Assembly (NCBI GenBank): GCA_963728205.1 | Contig: CAVSIV010000004.1 | Coordinates: 1 to 64,000, forward strand | Length of the DNA: 64,000 nucleotides | Direction: 5' to 3' | Source of the DNA: an uncultured Chloroflexia bacterium | GTDB taxonomy: Bacteria > Chloroflexota > Dehalococcoidia > UBA2979 | Part shown: piece after piece, positions 52,108 through 62,254 of the stretch | Layout of the letters: each line of letters begins with the position of its first letter | Numbering within the stretch: position 1 is the stretch's first letter | Notes under the pieces: model-generated | Database searches by the model: none | What the model was told of the DNA's origin: nothing | Seen by the model: the letters and a program-made list of their open reading frames with translations, nothing else | Translations under genes and position numbers: made by a program

Positions 52108-53283
52108 ATGACCACCGTCGACGTCGAGATCCAGGGCCACTGCACGCCGGGCTTCGAGCCGGTCCGCGAAGCGTTCGTGCGCAACTTCGCCGATCACGGC
52201 GACATCGGCGCGTCCGTCGCCGTCGTGCAGGACGGCGAGCGTGTCGTCGACCTCTGGGGCGGCCACGCGAACGCCGAGCGCTCGCGGCCGTGGACGCGCG
52301 ACGAGATCGTGAATGTCTACTCGACGACCAAGGGCATCACCGCCCTCTGCGCCCACATGCTCGCCGACCGCGGACAGCTCGACTTCGATGCGCCGGTCGC
52401 GCGCTACTGGCCGGAGTTCGCGCAGGCCGGCAAGGAGTCGATGCCGGTGCGCTACCTGCTGACGCACCAGGCGGGCCTGCCGGTCGTCGACCGGCCGCTG
52501 CCGCGCGGCGCGACGCTCGACTGGGACCTCATGGTCGACGCGCTCGCCGCGCAGCGTCCGGTGTGGGAGCCGGGCACGCGGCACGGCTACCACACGGTCA
52601 CCTACGGGTGGCTCGTCGGCGAGGTCGTGCGCCGCGTGAGCGGCAAGCGCATCGGCGCGTTCCTGCGCGACGAAGTGACGAGCCCGCTCGGCGTCGACTT
52701 CTTCATCGGCACGCCGGCCGAGGAAGACCACCGCGTCGCCGATACGGTGAACCCGCCGCGCCCAACGGGCGGCGGGGCGGAGCCGCCGGTGCCGGCCGTC
52801 GATCCGGAGTCGCTGGCGTTCCGCTCCAACCTGCCGGGGACGAGCAAGCCGGGCGTCGGCGTGAACGGACGCGAGTACCGCGCGGCCGAGGTCCCCGCCG
52901 GCAACGGCCACGGCAACGCGCGGGCACTGGCGACAATCTACGGCGCGCTCGCGCGCGGTGGCGAGATCGACGGCGTGCGGCTGCTCAGCCCGGCGGCCGT
53001 CGAGCGCGCGGCCGCCGAGCAGGCCAGCGGGCCCGACGCGGTGCTCGGCATGCCGTCGCGCCGCTCGCTCGGGTTCATGCTGCCGATGCCGGAGCTGGGC
53101 GACCCGCGCGGCCCGCGCGCGTTCGGCCACGCGGGACGCGGCGGCTCATACGGCTGGGCCGACCCCGAGGCGAAGATCGGCTTCGGCTACGCCATGAACC
53201 AGATGTGGCCCGGCGGGCCGTCCACGCCGGACCCTCGCGCCGGCCTGCTGGCGCGCGCGGTCTACGAGTCGCTGGGCCTCTAG
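52108..53283 (+). CDS. Serine hydrolase (beta-lactamase class C-like esterase)
   Basis: YSTTK (SxxK), LLTHQAGL, WEPGTRHGYH, FGHAGRGGS; GGAGG RBS before ATG 52108. Confidence 0.92.
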   Translation: MTTVDVEIQGHCTPGFEPVREAFVRNFADHGDIGASVAVVQDGERVVDLWGGHANAERSRPWTRDEIVNVYSTTKGITALCAHMLADRGQLDFDAPVARYWPEFAQAGKESMPVRYLLTHQAGLPVVDRPLPRGATLDWDLMVDALAAQRPVWEPGTRHGYHTVTYGWLVGEVVRRVSGKRIGAFLRDEVTSPLGVDFFIGTPAEEDHRVADTVNPPRPTGGGAEPPVPAVDPESLAFRSNLPGTSKPGVGVNGREYRAAEVPAGNGHGNARALATIYGALARGGEIDGVRLLSPAAVERAAAEQASGPDAVLGMPSRRSLGFMLPMPELGDPRGPRAFGHAGRGGSYGWADPEAKIGFGYAMNQMWPGGPSTPDPRAGLLARAVYESLGL

Positions 53284-53294
53284 CCGTCACCAAC

Positions 53295-53317
53295 GCGGCG
53301 GCAGGCATGCCGCCGAC
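53295..53317 (+). repeat. Single REP-like unit
   Basis: gcggcggcaggcatgccgccgac. Confidence 0.65.
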
Positions 53318-53376
53318 CCGAACGCCCGGCCGACGCCGGCGCGATACGCGACGACCCCCAGCCCAGGAGGCCCCCG

Positions 53377-54513
53377 ATGACCACCACCGACGTCGACATC
53401 CATGGCACCTGCGACGACCGCTTCGCCGCCGTCCGCGACGCCTTCGCCGAGAACTTCGCCGCCGAGCCCGAGGTCGGCGCCTCCGTCGCCGTCACGCTCG
53501 ACGGCGCGCCGGTCGTCGATCTCTGGGCGGGCTACGCCGACCGCGAGCGCACGCGCGCGTGGGAGCGCGACACGATCGTCAACGTCTTCTCGACGACAAA
53601 GGGCATGGTCGCGCTCGCCGCGCACATGCTCGCCGACCGCGGCGCGCTCGACTTCGACGCGCCCGTCGCGCGCTACTGGCCGGAGTTCGCGCAGGCCGGC
53701 AAGGCCGAGCTCCCGGTGCGCTACCTGCTGACGCACCAGGCGGGGCTCAACGTGCTCGAGGGCAACCTGTCGCCCGCGCAGACGCTGGACTGGGACGCGG
53801 TGTGCGCGCAGCTCGCGAGCCAGGCTCCGCGCTGGGAGCCCGGCACGAAGCAGGGCTACCACACCGGCACGTTCGGGCACCTCGTCGGCGAGGTCGTGCG
53901 GCGGGTCGACGGCCGCACGGTCGGCACCTTCGTGCGTGAGGAGATCGCCGCGCCGCTCGGCGTCGACTTCCTGATCGGCTTCGGCCCGGAGGAGGATCAT
54001 CGCGTCGCCGACATCCTCGCGGACACGCGCACGCCGCCGGGCGACGATGTCACCGCCGCCATCGCCGCGATCGACTGGAACGCGCGCGAGCGGCGCGCCG
54101 CGGAGCTGCCTTCGGGCGGCGGGCACACGAACGCACGCGCCCTCGCCGCGGTCTACGGCGCGCTCGCGTGCGGCGGCGAGGCGCGCGGCGTGCGGCTGCT
54201 GCGCGCGGAGGCGGTCGAGCGCGCGCGCGTCGAGCGGGCGAACGGCCGCGACGAGACACTGGGCGTGCCGACCCACCGCACCCTCGGGTTCATGCTGCCG
54301 TTCGCGGAGTTCGGCGACGTGCGGCCGGTCGGCACCTTCGGCCACGCGGGCGCGGGCGGGTCGCAGGGCTTCGCCGATACCGAGCGGCACATCGGCTTCG
54401 GCTACGCGATGAACCAGGCGCTCTCGCCGCAACCGGGCGAGACGCGCCCGCCCACCGGCGGCATGGACCCGCGCGGCCAGCGCCTGGTCGGCGCGCTCTA
54501 CCGTTCGCTGTGA
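53377..54513 (+). CDS. Serine hydrolase (tandem paralog)
   Basis: FSTTK, LLTHQAGL, WEPGTKQGYH, FGHAGAGGS. Confidence 0.92.
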   Translation: MTTTDVDIHGTCDDRFAAVRDAFAENFAAEPEVGASVAVTLDGAPVVDLWAGYADRERTRAWERDTIVNVFSTTKGMVALAAHMLADRGALDFDAPVARYWPEFAQAGKAELPVRYLLTHQAGLNVLEGNLSPAQTLDWDAVCAQLASQAPRWEPGTKQGYHTGTFGHLVGEVVRRVDGRTVGTFVREEIAAPLGVDFLIGFGPEEDHRVADILADTRTPPGDDVTAAIAAIDWNARERRAAELPSGGGHTNARALAAVYGALACGGEARGVRLLRAEAVERARVERANGRDETLGVPTHRTLGFMLPFAEFGDVRPVGTFGHAGAGGSQGFADTERHIGFGYAMNQALSPQPGETRPPTGGMDPRGQRLVGALYRSL

Positions 54514-54521
54514 CCAAAGTC

Positions 54522-54552
54522 CGTCGTAAGCGGCGGCAGACACGCCGCCGAT
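54522..54552 (+). repeat. Single REP-like unit
   Basis: cgtcgtaagcggcggcagacacgccgccgat. Confidence 0.85.
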
Positions 54553-54670
54553 CCGGGGCACGCGCCAGCGCGGTCCCGACCGGGCGAACGCGCTCGATCA
54601 GCGACGCGTCCGCCTCCTCCACCTCCGCAGACGGGCCCCCCCACGTGCGACTGACGAGGAGACATCGACC

Positions 54671-55321
54671 GTGTCCATGGCAGGAGAGCTCGTCACGGAG
54701 ACGTTCGAGTACGACGGTGGGCGCGAGGTCACCGTGTATGTCCCGCCGACGCCTCCGGAGGCAGTCGTGTTCGCCGGCGATGGCCAGCTGATCTCGCAAT
54801 GGGGCGACGTCCTCGAGGCGGCCGACGTGCCGGCCACGATGATCGTCGGTGCGCATCGCGTGGCGGATGAGACGCTGCGGCTCCACGAGTACTCGCCGGG
54901 CTTTGCCCCGGAGCGGTTCGCCGCGCACGAGCGGTTCTTCCTCGAGGACGTGCGCCGGTGGGTACGGACCCGTTTCGGTGTCGCGCCGTCCGCCGGCCGC
55001 ACCGCGGTGTTCGGTGTCTCGGCGAGCGGAGAGCTGGCACTCGCCATCGGGCTCCGGCATCAGGACGTGTACGGTGCGATCTTCTGCGCCTCGCCGGGTG
55101 GGGGTTACCGACCGCCCCGCGTCATGCCGAGCTCGATTCCACGCACGTACCTCGTCGCCGGCACGGGAGAGCCGTGGTTCCTCGAGAACGCGGCCCGGTG
55201 GGCGGAGGCGCTGCGCGATGCCGGCGCGGACGTTGTCATGACGGAGCGGCCCGGTTCGCACGGCGAGGCGTTCTGGCGCGAAGAGCTCCCCCTGATGGTG
55301 GGATGGGCGTTCGGAGAGTGA
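54671..55321 (+). CDS. Alpha/beta-hydrolase (putative esterase)
   Basis: REVTVYVPP, GVSASG nucleophile elbow, GSHGEAFW. Confidence 0.8.
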   Translation: MSMAGELVTETFEYDGGREVTVYVPPTPPEAVVFAGDGQLISQWGDVLEAADVPATMIVGAHRVADETLRLHEYSPGFAPERFAAHERFFLEDVRRWVRTRFGVAPSAGRTAVFGVSASGELALAIGLRHQDVYGAIFCASPGGGYRPPRVMPSSIPRTYLVAGTGEPWFLENAARWAEALRDAGADVVMTERPGSHGEAFWREELPLMVGWAFGE

Positions 55322-55339
55322 ACCATCGCGACGCGGCCC

Positions 55340-56155
55340 CTATCGCCCCTCGAAGTTCGGCTCGCGCCGCTCCAGGAATGCCGCGACGCCTTCCTTGAAG
55401 TCGTCGCTGCCGAAGAGCGGGCCGAGGTAGACCGCGAGGTGGTCGACCGTCGTCTCGAACGTCTCGTCGACGCCGAGCCGCATCATCCGCTTCGTAGCCT
55501 GCACGGCGAGCGGCGCGTTCTGGGCGATCTCCTGCGCGAGCTCCATCGTCGCAGCCATGAGCTCGGCGTCGGGCACCACGCGGTTCACGAGGCCGAAGTC
55601 GAGGCACTCCTGCGCCGAGAGCACGCGGCCGCGGAACAGGATCTCGGCGGCCTTCGCCCAGCCAATGAGCCGCGGCAGCAGCCAGTTGCCGCCGGACTCC
55701 GGCAAGACGCCGCGCTTCACCATGACCGGCGCGAGGCGGCCGTTCTCGCCGGCGATGCGGATGTCGCAGAGCAGCGCGAGGTCCATGCCGTAGCCGGCGG
55801 CCGCGCCGTTGAGCGCGCAGATCACGGGCTTGTCCATGCGATGCAGGACGATCGGCGGCGCGTCGCGCAGGTCGAAGGGGCGCCAGGCGCGGCGCTGCGA
55901 GCGGTCGCTGCCGATGCCGGCCTGCTGCTGGTCGACGAGGTCGAGCCCGGAGCAGAAGCCGCGGCCGGCGCCGGTGAGCACGACGACGCGGACGTCCGGG
56001 TCGCGGTTGCACTCGACGAGGCGCTCGGAGAGCGCGGCGAGCATGGGACCGGAGATCGCGTTCAGGCGGTCGGGGCGGTTGAGGGTGAGGACGGCGACGT
56101 GGCCGTCGCGCTCGAAGAGGAGCTCGTCCGCGTCGGTGCCGGTGTCGGTGGCCAT
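55340..56155 (-). CDS. Enoyl-CoA hydratase/isomerase family
   Basis: LNRPDRLNAI, GFCSGLDL, KPVICALNGAAAGYG, EGVAAFLERREP. Confidence 0.92.
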   Translation of the reverse strand: MATDTGTDADELLFERDGHVAVLTLNRPDRLNAISGPMLAALSERLVECNRDPDVRVVVLTGAGRGFCSGLDLVDQQQAGIGSDRSQRRAWRPFDLRDAPPIVLHRMDKPVICALNGAAAGYGMDLALLCDIRIAGENGRLAPVMVKRGVLPESGGNWLLPRLIGWAKAAEILFRGRVLSAQECLDFGLVNRVVPDAELMAATMELAQEIAQNAPLAVQATKRMMRLGVDETFETTVDHLAVYLGPLFGSDDFKEGVAAFLERREPNFEGR

Positions 56156-56250
56156 GGGGGGTGCCTTTCTTGTGGTGTCGGCTGTCGCCGACGATTGAGG
56201 GTCGGCGGCCCGTGGGCCGCCGCTGACGCGGGCCGTGCGCCCGCCGGAAA

Positions 56251-56391
56251 TCGGCGGCGTGTCTGCCGCCGCTTGCGACGAGCGCTCGGGGCGAGTCCGC
56301 CGGAAGTCGGCGGCGTGTCTGCCGCCGCTTGCGGCGAGCGATCGCGGTGAGCCCGCCCGAATCGGCGGCGTGTCTGCCGCCGCTTGCGACG
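56251..56391 (-). repeat. Three REP-like units at 55-56 bp spacing
   Basis: tcggcggcgtgtctgccgccgcttgcg at 56251, 56307 and 56362, with related linkers. Confidence 0.9.
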
Positions 56392-56405
56392 GTGCGACGG
56401 GCGGG

Positions 56406-57290
56406 CTAGCGGTCCTTCGCGGAGCGGTAGTCCTGGTACGGACCGTCGCGCCAGGCGAGCGCTTCCTTGAGGCCGCCCTCGCGCATCCTGTCCTGCCACT
56501 CGTACGCCTGCGAGGTGAAGCCGCCGGCGGCATCGAGATCGGTGCTCGAGTGCACCGACGAGTAGATGCCCATGTTCTCGTGGAATCGGTTCATGTGGAT
56601 CTTCAGCATCGCCAGGTGGTCGGCCGGGAGGATCGCGATGCGGTCAGCCATCGCGATCGTGCGGTTCTCGAGCTCGTCGACCGGGCAGGCGAAGTTCACG
56701 AGGCCGATGCGCGCCGCCTCCTCGCCGCTGATGTTGTCGCCGGTGTAGAAGAGCTCCTTCGCCTTCCGCATGCCGATCAGCAACGGCAGGATCATCGAGG
56801 TGCGGGTGCCGGCGAAGCGCAGGCCGGGGTGGCCGAACTTCGCGTCGTCGGCGCAGGTCACGAGGTCGGCCATCATCGAGAGCTCGCAGCCGCCGGCGAT
56901 GGCGTAGCCGTGCACCTGCGCGATCGTGATCTTCTGGATGTTCCAGAAGTACATGTGGATGTTCGTGATGCGCTGCATGCCGGCGCGCACGCCCTGCCAG
57001 AGGCGGCGGCCCTGCTCGTCGCGCGCCTTGAAGGCGCGGACGACGGCGTCCTCGCCCGTGCGCTGCGCCGGGGTCAGGTCGTAGCCGGCGGAAAACGTGC
57101 GCCCCGCGCCGCGTACGATGATCACGCGCGCGCTGTCGTCGGCTTCGAGGTCCTCGAGCGCGGCGCGAAAGTCGAAGAGCAGCTCCTGGGAGAGCGCGTT
57201 CATCTTCTCGGGGCGGTTGAGGGTGATGCGCGCGATGCGCCCGTCCGTTCCCACCCGGTCGATCAGCAGGTTCTCGTACTCACGCGCCAT
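56406..57290 (-). CDS. Enoyl-CoA hydratase/isomerase family
   Basis: LNRPEKMNAL, FSAGYDL, IAQVHGYAIAGGCEL, FGHP. Confidence 0.92.
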   Translation of the reverse strand: MAREYENLLIDRVGTDGRIARITLNRPEKMNALSQELLFDFRAALEDLEADDSARVIIVRGAGRTFSAGYDLTPAQRTGEDAVVRAFKARDEQGRRLWQGVRAGMQRITNIHMYFWNIQKITIAQVHGYAIAGGCELSMMADLVTCADDAKFGHPGLRFAGTRTSMILPLLIGMRKAKELFYTGDNISGEEAARIGLVNFACPVDELENRTIAMADRIAILPADHLAMLKIHMNRFHENMGIYSSVHSSTDLDAAGGFTSQAYEWQDRMREGGLKEALAWRDGPYQDYRSAKDR

Positions 57291-57688
57291 CCCGGGCCTC
57301 CGTCTGTCGCCTGTGCCGTGTTGCGTCGATGCGGCGCGAGTATAGCGAGCGCCGCCATGCCGTCCCGCCCGGGCCCCGTGCGCGGCGGGACCTTCGGCGG
57401 TCGTCACGCTGCGCGCCTTCGATAGGATCGGATCGACGGCGGAGATGCGCATCGGCGCGCGCGGTGACAACAGCCCGCCGCGGCGCCCGCGCTCGCCGCC
57501 GCGGCGTCCGCGCTCGCCGTCGCGACGGGCGCGGGACGCCGGCGGCCCGACCGTGACGACCTCCGCAGCACCCGCGCGCCCGCCGGAGCGACGAGCGCGT
57601 GAGCGCGCGGAGCGCAGGCAGAGAGGTCCGGTGCGAGGCGCGGGACGACGCGCCTCGCCTCGCACCGGACCGGTAGCGCGGAGAAGCT

Positions 57689-57910
57689 ATGACCAGCGAA
57701 CGCACGTCCGAAGTGATCGCCGGCGAGATCCGCGGACTCCTCGAGGACGAGCCGACCTGGGTCGATTTCGAGGGGCGCGACGACCAGCTCGTGGGCTACC
57801 TCCTCCAGGAGGGCCAGTCGCGGCACGTGCCGCGCGAGCTGCTCTGGGAGTACACCGCCGCGCGCTGGCAGGAGCTGTACGCGCCCGAGGACGACGACAT
57901 CGAGTCCTGA
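57689..57910 (+). CDS. Small acidic hypothetical protein (73 aa)
   Basis: GC3-rich codon pattern, GGAG RBS, fills an intergenic gap. Confidence 0.65.
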   Translation: MTSERTSEVIAGEIRGLLEDEPTWVDFEGRDDQLVGYLLQEGQSRHVPRELLWEYTAARWQELYAPEDDDIES

Positions 57911-57972
57911 GCGCCGCTCGCGCACGAGGGCACTTGCGGGCGCGATTTGCCGCCGCGGCACACACTGTCCAC

Positions 57973-59257
57973 ATGGACGCCCTTGACTCGCTCCGCGCCC
58001 GCGCCCATGAGCAGTTGCGCGCAAACACGCGCACGGGCGAGCGAGAGGGCCGCCGCTACACCTTCAGCGTGCCGTCGCCCGCCGCCTACCCGTTCCAGTG
58101 GTTCTGGGACTCCTGCTTTCACGCCATCGCGTGGGCCCACTTCGACGTCGAGCGGGCCGCCGAGGAGCTGCGCGCCCTGCTCGCCTGGCAGCGCGCCGAC
58201 GGCTTCATTCCTCACGTGATCTTCTGGGACCGCCCGCGCGTGCTGCGTAAGCCCTGGCACTACCTCGAGTCGAAGGACTGGCTCGCCTTTCCCTGGCCGC
58301 CGTTCGAACGCCGTCCCGCGACCACCGAGCTGATCCAGCCGCCCGTGCTCGCGCAGGCGGTCGAGCGCGTCTTCGACGCCGGCGGCGGCGAGCCGTTCGT
58401 GCGCGAGGTGCTCCCCGCCCTCCTCCGCTACCAGCGCTGGCTGCTCGCCGCGCGCGACCCCGACGACGACGGCCTGATCTCGATCGTCGCGCCGTCGGAG
58501 TCGGGGCTCGACTTCTCGCCCGCGTACGACGCCGCGCTGGGCCTCGCGCGCAACCCCGGCGGCGTGCCGATCGCGGCGGCCATGCGGATGGCGACGCTGC
58601 GCAACAAGCTCCGCGGGTGGTCGTCATACCGCATCCTGCACGCGCCCGGCGCGTTCGCGGTGGAGGACGTGCTCGTGAACTCGTGCCTGATCGCAGGGCT
58701 GGCGAGCACCGCCCGCCTCGCGCGGGTCGCCGGCGACGACGCGGCCGCGGCATGGGCCGAGCAGCAGGCGGAGCGCTCGCTCGCCTCGCTGCTCGACCGC
58801 AGCTACGACGCGCACGAGGGGACGTTCTGGAACCTCGACGGCCCGTACGAGCGCCCGGCGATGATCCACACCATCGTGTCGCTGATGCCGCTCATGCTGC
58901 GCATGCTCCCGCGGGCCGTGGCGGACGACCTCGTGAAGAGTGAGCTCACCCGCACCGACCGCTTCTGGCCGCGCTACCCGGTGCCGTCTGTGTCGCTGCA
59001 CGAGCCGGAGTTCCGGGCAAGCAGCCGCCTGCGCGGTCGCGAGCGCATCTGGCGCGGCGGCTCGTGGATCAACACCAACTGGTTTCTCGTCCACGGGCTT
59101 CGCCAGCACGGCTACTCGGACGAGGCGCGCGAGAATCCGCGCCGCAAGCCTCGAGCTCGTCGAGCGCCACGGCTTCCGCGAGTACTTCAACCCGCTCAGC
59201 GGCGCGCCCGGCGGCGCGTCGGGCTTCGGGTGGTCGACGCTCGTCATCGACATGTAA
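57973..59257 (+). CDS. GH63/MGH1-like (alpha/alpha)6 glycoside hydrolase; frameshift at about 59135
   Basis: YPFQWFWDSCFHA, IQPPVLA, ESGLDFSP, WRGGSWINTNW, FREYFNP...GFGWS. Confidence 0.85.
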
Positions 59258-59316
59258 TCGCGTACGACACCGCGGCACGCGCTCGCCGCACGGCGCGCGG
59301 CTCGTATACTCGCGCC

Positions 59317-59967
59317 ATGACCACAATCGACCCCGACACGAAGCTCTCCATCACCGTCGTCTCCGACTACATCTGACCCTGGTGCTACGTCGGCCTCGTG
59401 GAGGTCGAGCGGATCCACCGGGAGTGGGACGTGACGCTGAAGTGGGCGCCGTTCCTGCTCGACCCCTCCATCCCGCCGCAGGGACGCGAGCGCCAGCCGC
59501 AGACGACGACCGACACGCCGAAGAGCCACCTCGAGCTGATGGGTGAGCAACGGGGCATCGAGTTCCGCCGCGGGCGGACCTTCACGCCGAACTCGCACCT
59601 CGCGCTCCAGGCCGGTGAGTACGTCGTCGAGCATGGGACGACCGAGCAGATCATCGCCTACAACATGGCCGTCTTCCGCGCCTACTTCACCGACTTCGAG
59701 AACATCGCGGACGCGGACGTGCTCGTGCGCATCGCGGGCGAGCACGGCTTCGACGCGGACGACGTCCGCGAGGCGCTCGCGACGGGCCGCTACCGCGAGC
59801 CGGTCGACCAGGGCATCGCGAACTCGTACGAGATCGGCGTGACCGGCATCCCGACGTTCATCTTCCTGGACCGCTACGCCGTGGTCGGCGCGCAGGAGTA
59901 CGAGACGTTCGAGCGGGCGCTCGAGCAGCTCGGCGCGCGCCGTCGCCCGACCGATGGGGATGCCTGA
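59317..59967 (+). CDS. DsbA/FrnE-like thioredoxin-fold selenoprotein (Sec at codon 20, UPWC)
   Basis: ATG 59317 reads ...VSDYI-TGA-PWCYVG in frame with the downstream PFLLDP, PNS, GVTGIPTF, GAQ DsbA-like body; hairpin immediately 3' of the TGA. Confidence 0.88.
59377..59422 (+). promoter_or_regulatory. Bacterial SECIS-like stem-loop
   Basis: Upper stem TCGGCCTC-GTG-GAGGTCGA, lower stem CCCTGGTG...CACCGGG; G-containing apical loop about 21 nt after the UGA. Confidence 0.7.
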
Positions 59968-60029
59968 CCCGGTGCGTGGCGGATAGGCTCGGCGCCGAAA
60001 CCACGGGCCGGTCGCCCCGGAGGCATCGC

Positions 60030-60821
60030 ATGCCGTCCACCACCCACCCCGACTTCACGACGATGGCGGAGCTGTCGGGCGCGCTCGGCGACGTGGGCGC
60101 CCGCTACACCGCACGCGGCAGCCGGCTCGGCTACTTCGCGGCGCTCTACGAGACGATGACGCGGCGCGTGGCCGCGGGCGTCGCGGCCGGGCGGTTCTCC
60201 GACGGCGCGCTGATGGAGCGACTCGCCTGCCACTTCGCCGGGCGCTACCTCTCGGCGGTCGCGCAACACGAGGCCGGCGATGCGCCGCCGCGCTGCTGGG
60301 CCGTCGCGTTCGAGGCGGCGGAGCGCTGGCGGCCGGTCATCCTGCAGCACCTCCTGCTCGGGATGAACGCGCACATCAACTTCGATCTCGGCATCGCGGT
60401 CGCGGAGGTGGCGGACGGCGACGCGCGCGGCGTGGCCGAGCTGCGGCCCGACTTCCTCGAGATCAACGAGGTGCTCGCGGAGCTGCTGTCCGTCGTCGAG
60501 CGCCGCATCGAATCGGTCTCGCCGTGGATGTGGCTGCTCGACCGCGTCGGCGGCTGCACGGAGACGGCGGTGATCAACTTCAGCATGGGCCGCGCGCGCG
60601 ACGCCGCGTGGAGCGTCGCCGAGCGCTTCGCGGCGCTGCCGGCGGAGCAGCGGCCGGCCGCCGAGGCGCGGCTCGACCACGAGTTCGCGGAGTTCGCCGA
60701 CGTCATCCGCAAGCCGGGCGCGCTCGTCACGCTCGCCCTGCTTCCGGCACGGCTACGCGAGCAGCAGGACGTCGGGCGTGTGATCGAGGCCCTGCTCGGA
60801 CCGCCGGAGACGTCGCGCTAG
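60030..60821 (+). CDS. DUF5995-like hypothetical protein
   Basis: GYFAALY..MT, FAGRYL, WAVAF, QHLLLGMNAHINFDL, ARDAAW. Confidence 0.75.
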   Translation: MPSTTHPDFTTMAELSGALGDVGARYTARGSRLGYFAALYETMTRRVAAGVAAGRFSDGALMERLACHFAGRYLSAVAQHEAGDAPPRCWAVAFEAAERWRPVILQHLLLGMNAHINFDLGIAVAEVADGDARGVAELRPDFLEINEVLAELLSVVERRIESVSPWMWLLDRVGGCTETAVINFSMGRARDAAWSVAERFAALPAEQRPAAEARLDHEFAEFADVIRKPGALVTLALLPARLREQQDVGRVIEALLGPPETSR

Positions 60822-61261
60822 CGGCCGATGAGCGCGTCCAACGAGAGCGCGCCCGACCCGAGCAGCACGAGCGCCGCTGCACCGGCGATCATCAGCACGT
60901 CGAGCTCGTAGCCCTGGACGTCACCGCCGCCGAACGGGGCGCGCACCAGGAACTTCTGCGTGTAGGTCGCGCCGAGCATGTTCGCCGCGAGCGGGATCGC
61001 CGCCCACGAGGTGAACAGTCCGGCAATCAACATCAGGCCGCCGACCACCTCCAGCGACGCCGTCCAGCGCGCGAGCGCCTGCGGCGCCGGCAGCCCGAGC
61101 CCGCGCATCCACTCGCCCGTCCCGGCGATGCCGCCCCGGAACTTGCGCGCACCGGAATAAAGGAAGATGTACCCGAGAACGATACGCAGCGGCACCGCGC
61201 CCCAGTCCGCATGCGCCGACCAGCCGAAGAGCTGCACCCACGGGTCGGTCAGGACGTGCAT
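60818..61261 (-). CDS. DoxX family membrane protein
   Basis: LRIVLGYIFLYSGARK, EVVGGLMLIAGLFT, GYE, GSGALSLD. Confidence 0.88.
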   Translation of the reverse strand: MHVLTDPWVQLFGWSAHADWGAVPLRIVLGYIFLYSGARKFRGGIAGTGEWMRGLGLPAPQALARWTASLEVVGGLMLIAGLFTSWAAIPLAANMLGATYTQKFLVRAPFGGGDVQGYELDVLMIAGAAALVLLGSGALSLDALIGR

Positions 61262-61353
61262 CGCCGCCTCCTCCTCACGCCGGGGCGCAGGGTAGCGGTG
61301 TGGTGCTCACCGCGCGCCGGGCGGACGCTTGCGCACACGCGCCATCCTGAGAG

Positions 61354-62151
61354 GTGCTTCCGTATCAGAAAGGCAGGCCCGCCATCTCGCTCCGACGCCC
61401 GTTCGGACTCTCCCTCCTCGTCCCGCTGCTCGCCATCGCCGCCCTCGCCGGCGGCGGCGCCACCGCCCGCGCCCAGTCGACGCTCACCTGCACGGCCAGC
61501 GCGGTGAATGCCGTTGGCGCGCACGCAGGCACGCTCGCCATCCGCGTCGCTGCCACGGTCGACTGCGGCCGGCAGGCCACGCTGCACTTCACGCTGCCCG
61601 GGGGCGAGCGCTACGCGTTCGACACCGACGCCAGCGGCCACTTCCAGGGCGTCGCCGGCGACGCGTACCTCTGCCAGAGCCAGGCGCCGAACATCGCCGT
61701 GCGCGCCGTGGCGTCGGACGGAGCGACGTGGCTGCAGTCGGTGCACATCGACACGGAATCGGGCGTGCCGGCTGTGAGCGGCTACGGACCCGAGTGCGAC
61801 GTGCTCCTGCAGCCAAACCTGAACTTCTTCACCTGGGGCGGCCCGCTCGTGTCCGCCACCGACGGGCTCTCGCGGCAGACGCTCGGCAACCCGCTGCCGC
61901 GGAGCGACAACTCGAGCACCAACCCGGTCGACCACATCTCCGCGGTCGAGGGCTACGACCCGCACAGCGACACCTGGCTGTCGTGGTTCCCCGGCGCGCC
62001 GGCCTTCACGGCGACGCTCTCGGTGCTCGTGCCGGGCGAGAGCTACGTGATCCGCTCCGACGCGGACATCCCGCTCACCTACCCGGCCGCCGGCGCCACG
62101 CCGACGCCGACCGCAACGCCGCTGCCGGCCACGCCGACCGCGACGCCGTAG
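61354..62151 (+). CDS. Exported hypothetical protein with Pro/Thr tail
   Basis: Signal peptide ending ARA-Q, four Cys, C-terminal TPTPTATP. Start uncertain. Confidence 0.7.
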   Translation: MLPYQKGRPAISLRRPFGLSLLVPLLAIAALAGGGATARAQSTLTCTASAVNAVGAHAGTLAIRVAATVDCGRQATLHFTLPGGERYAFDTDASGHFQGVAGDAYLCQSQAPNIAVRAVASDGATWLQSVHIDTESGVPAVSGYGPECDVLLQPNLNFFTWGGPLVSATDGLSRQTLGNPLPRSDNSSTNPVDHISAVEGYDPHSDTWLSWFPGAPAFTATLSVLVPGESYVIRSDADIPLTYPAAGATPTPTATPLPATPTATP

Positions 62152-62167
62152 CGGACGAAGCCCGTCG

Positions 62168-62247
62168 TCAAGCGGCGGCAGCATGCCGCCGATGCCGGCG
62201 CGGCCATGGGGCCGCGAGAGCATCGGCGGCATGCTGCCGCCGCTTGA
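62168..62247. repeat. Perfect 28-bp inverted pair of REP-like units between convergent genes
   Basis: tcaagcggcggcagcatgccgccgatgc (62168-62195) / gcatcggcggcatgctgccgccgcttga (62220-62247). Confidence 0.9.
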
Positions 62248-62254
62248 GTCGAAC

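Noticed and set aside
52108-54513. Beta-lactam resistance genes (also the penicillin acylase at 18912)
   Set aside because: No signal peptides; motifs fit cytoplasmic family VIII esterases and generic Ntn acylases.
56251-56391. Mini-CRISPR (3 repeats, about 25-bp spacers)
   Set aside because: The spacers resemble each other and the repeat is the same dispersed palindrome.
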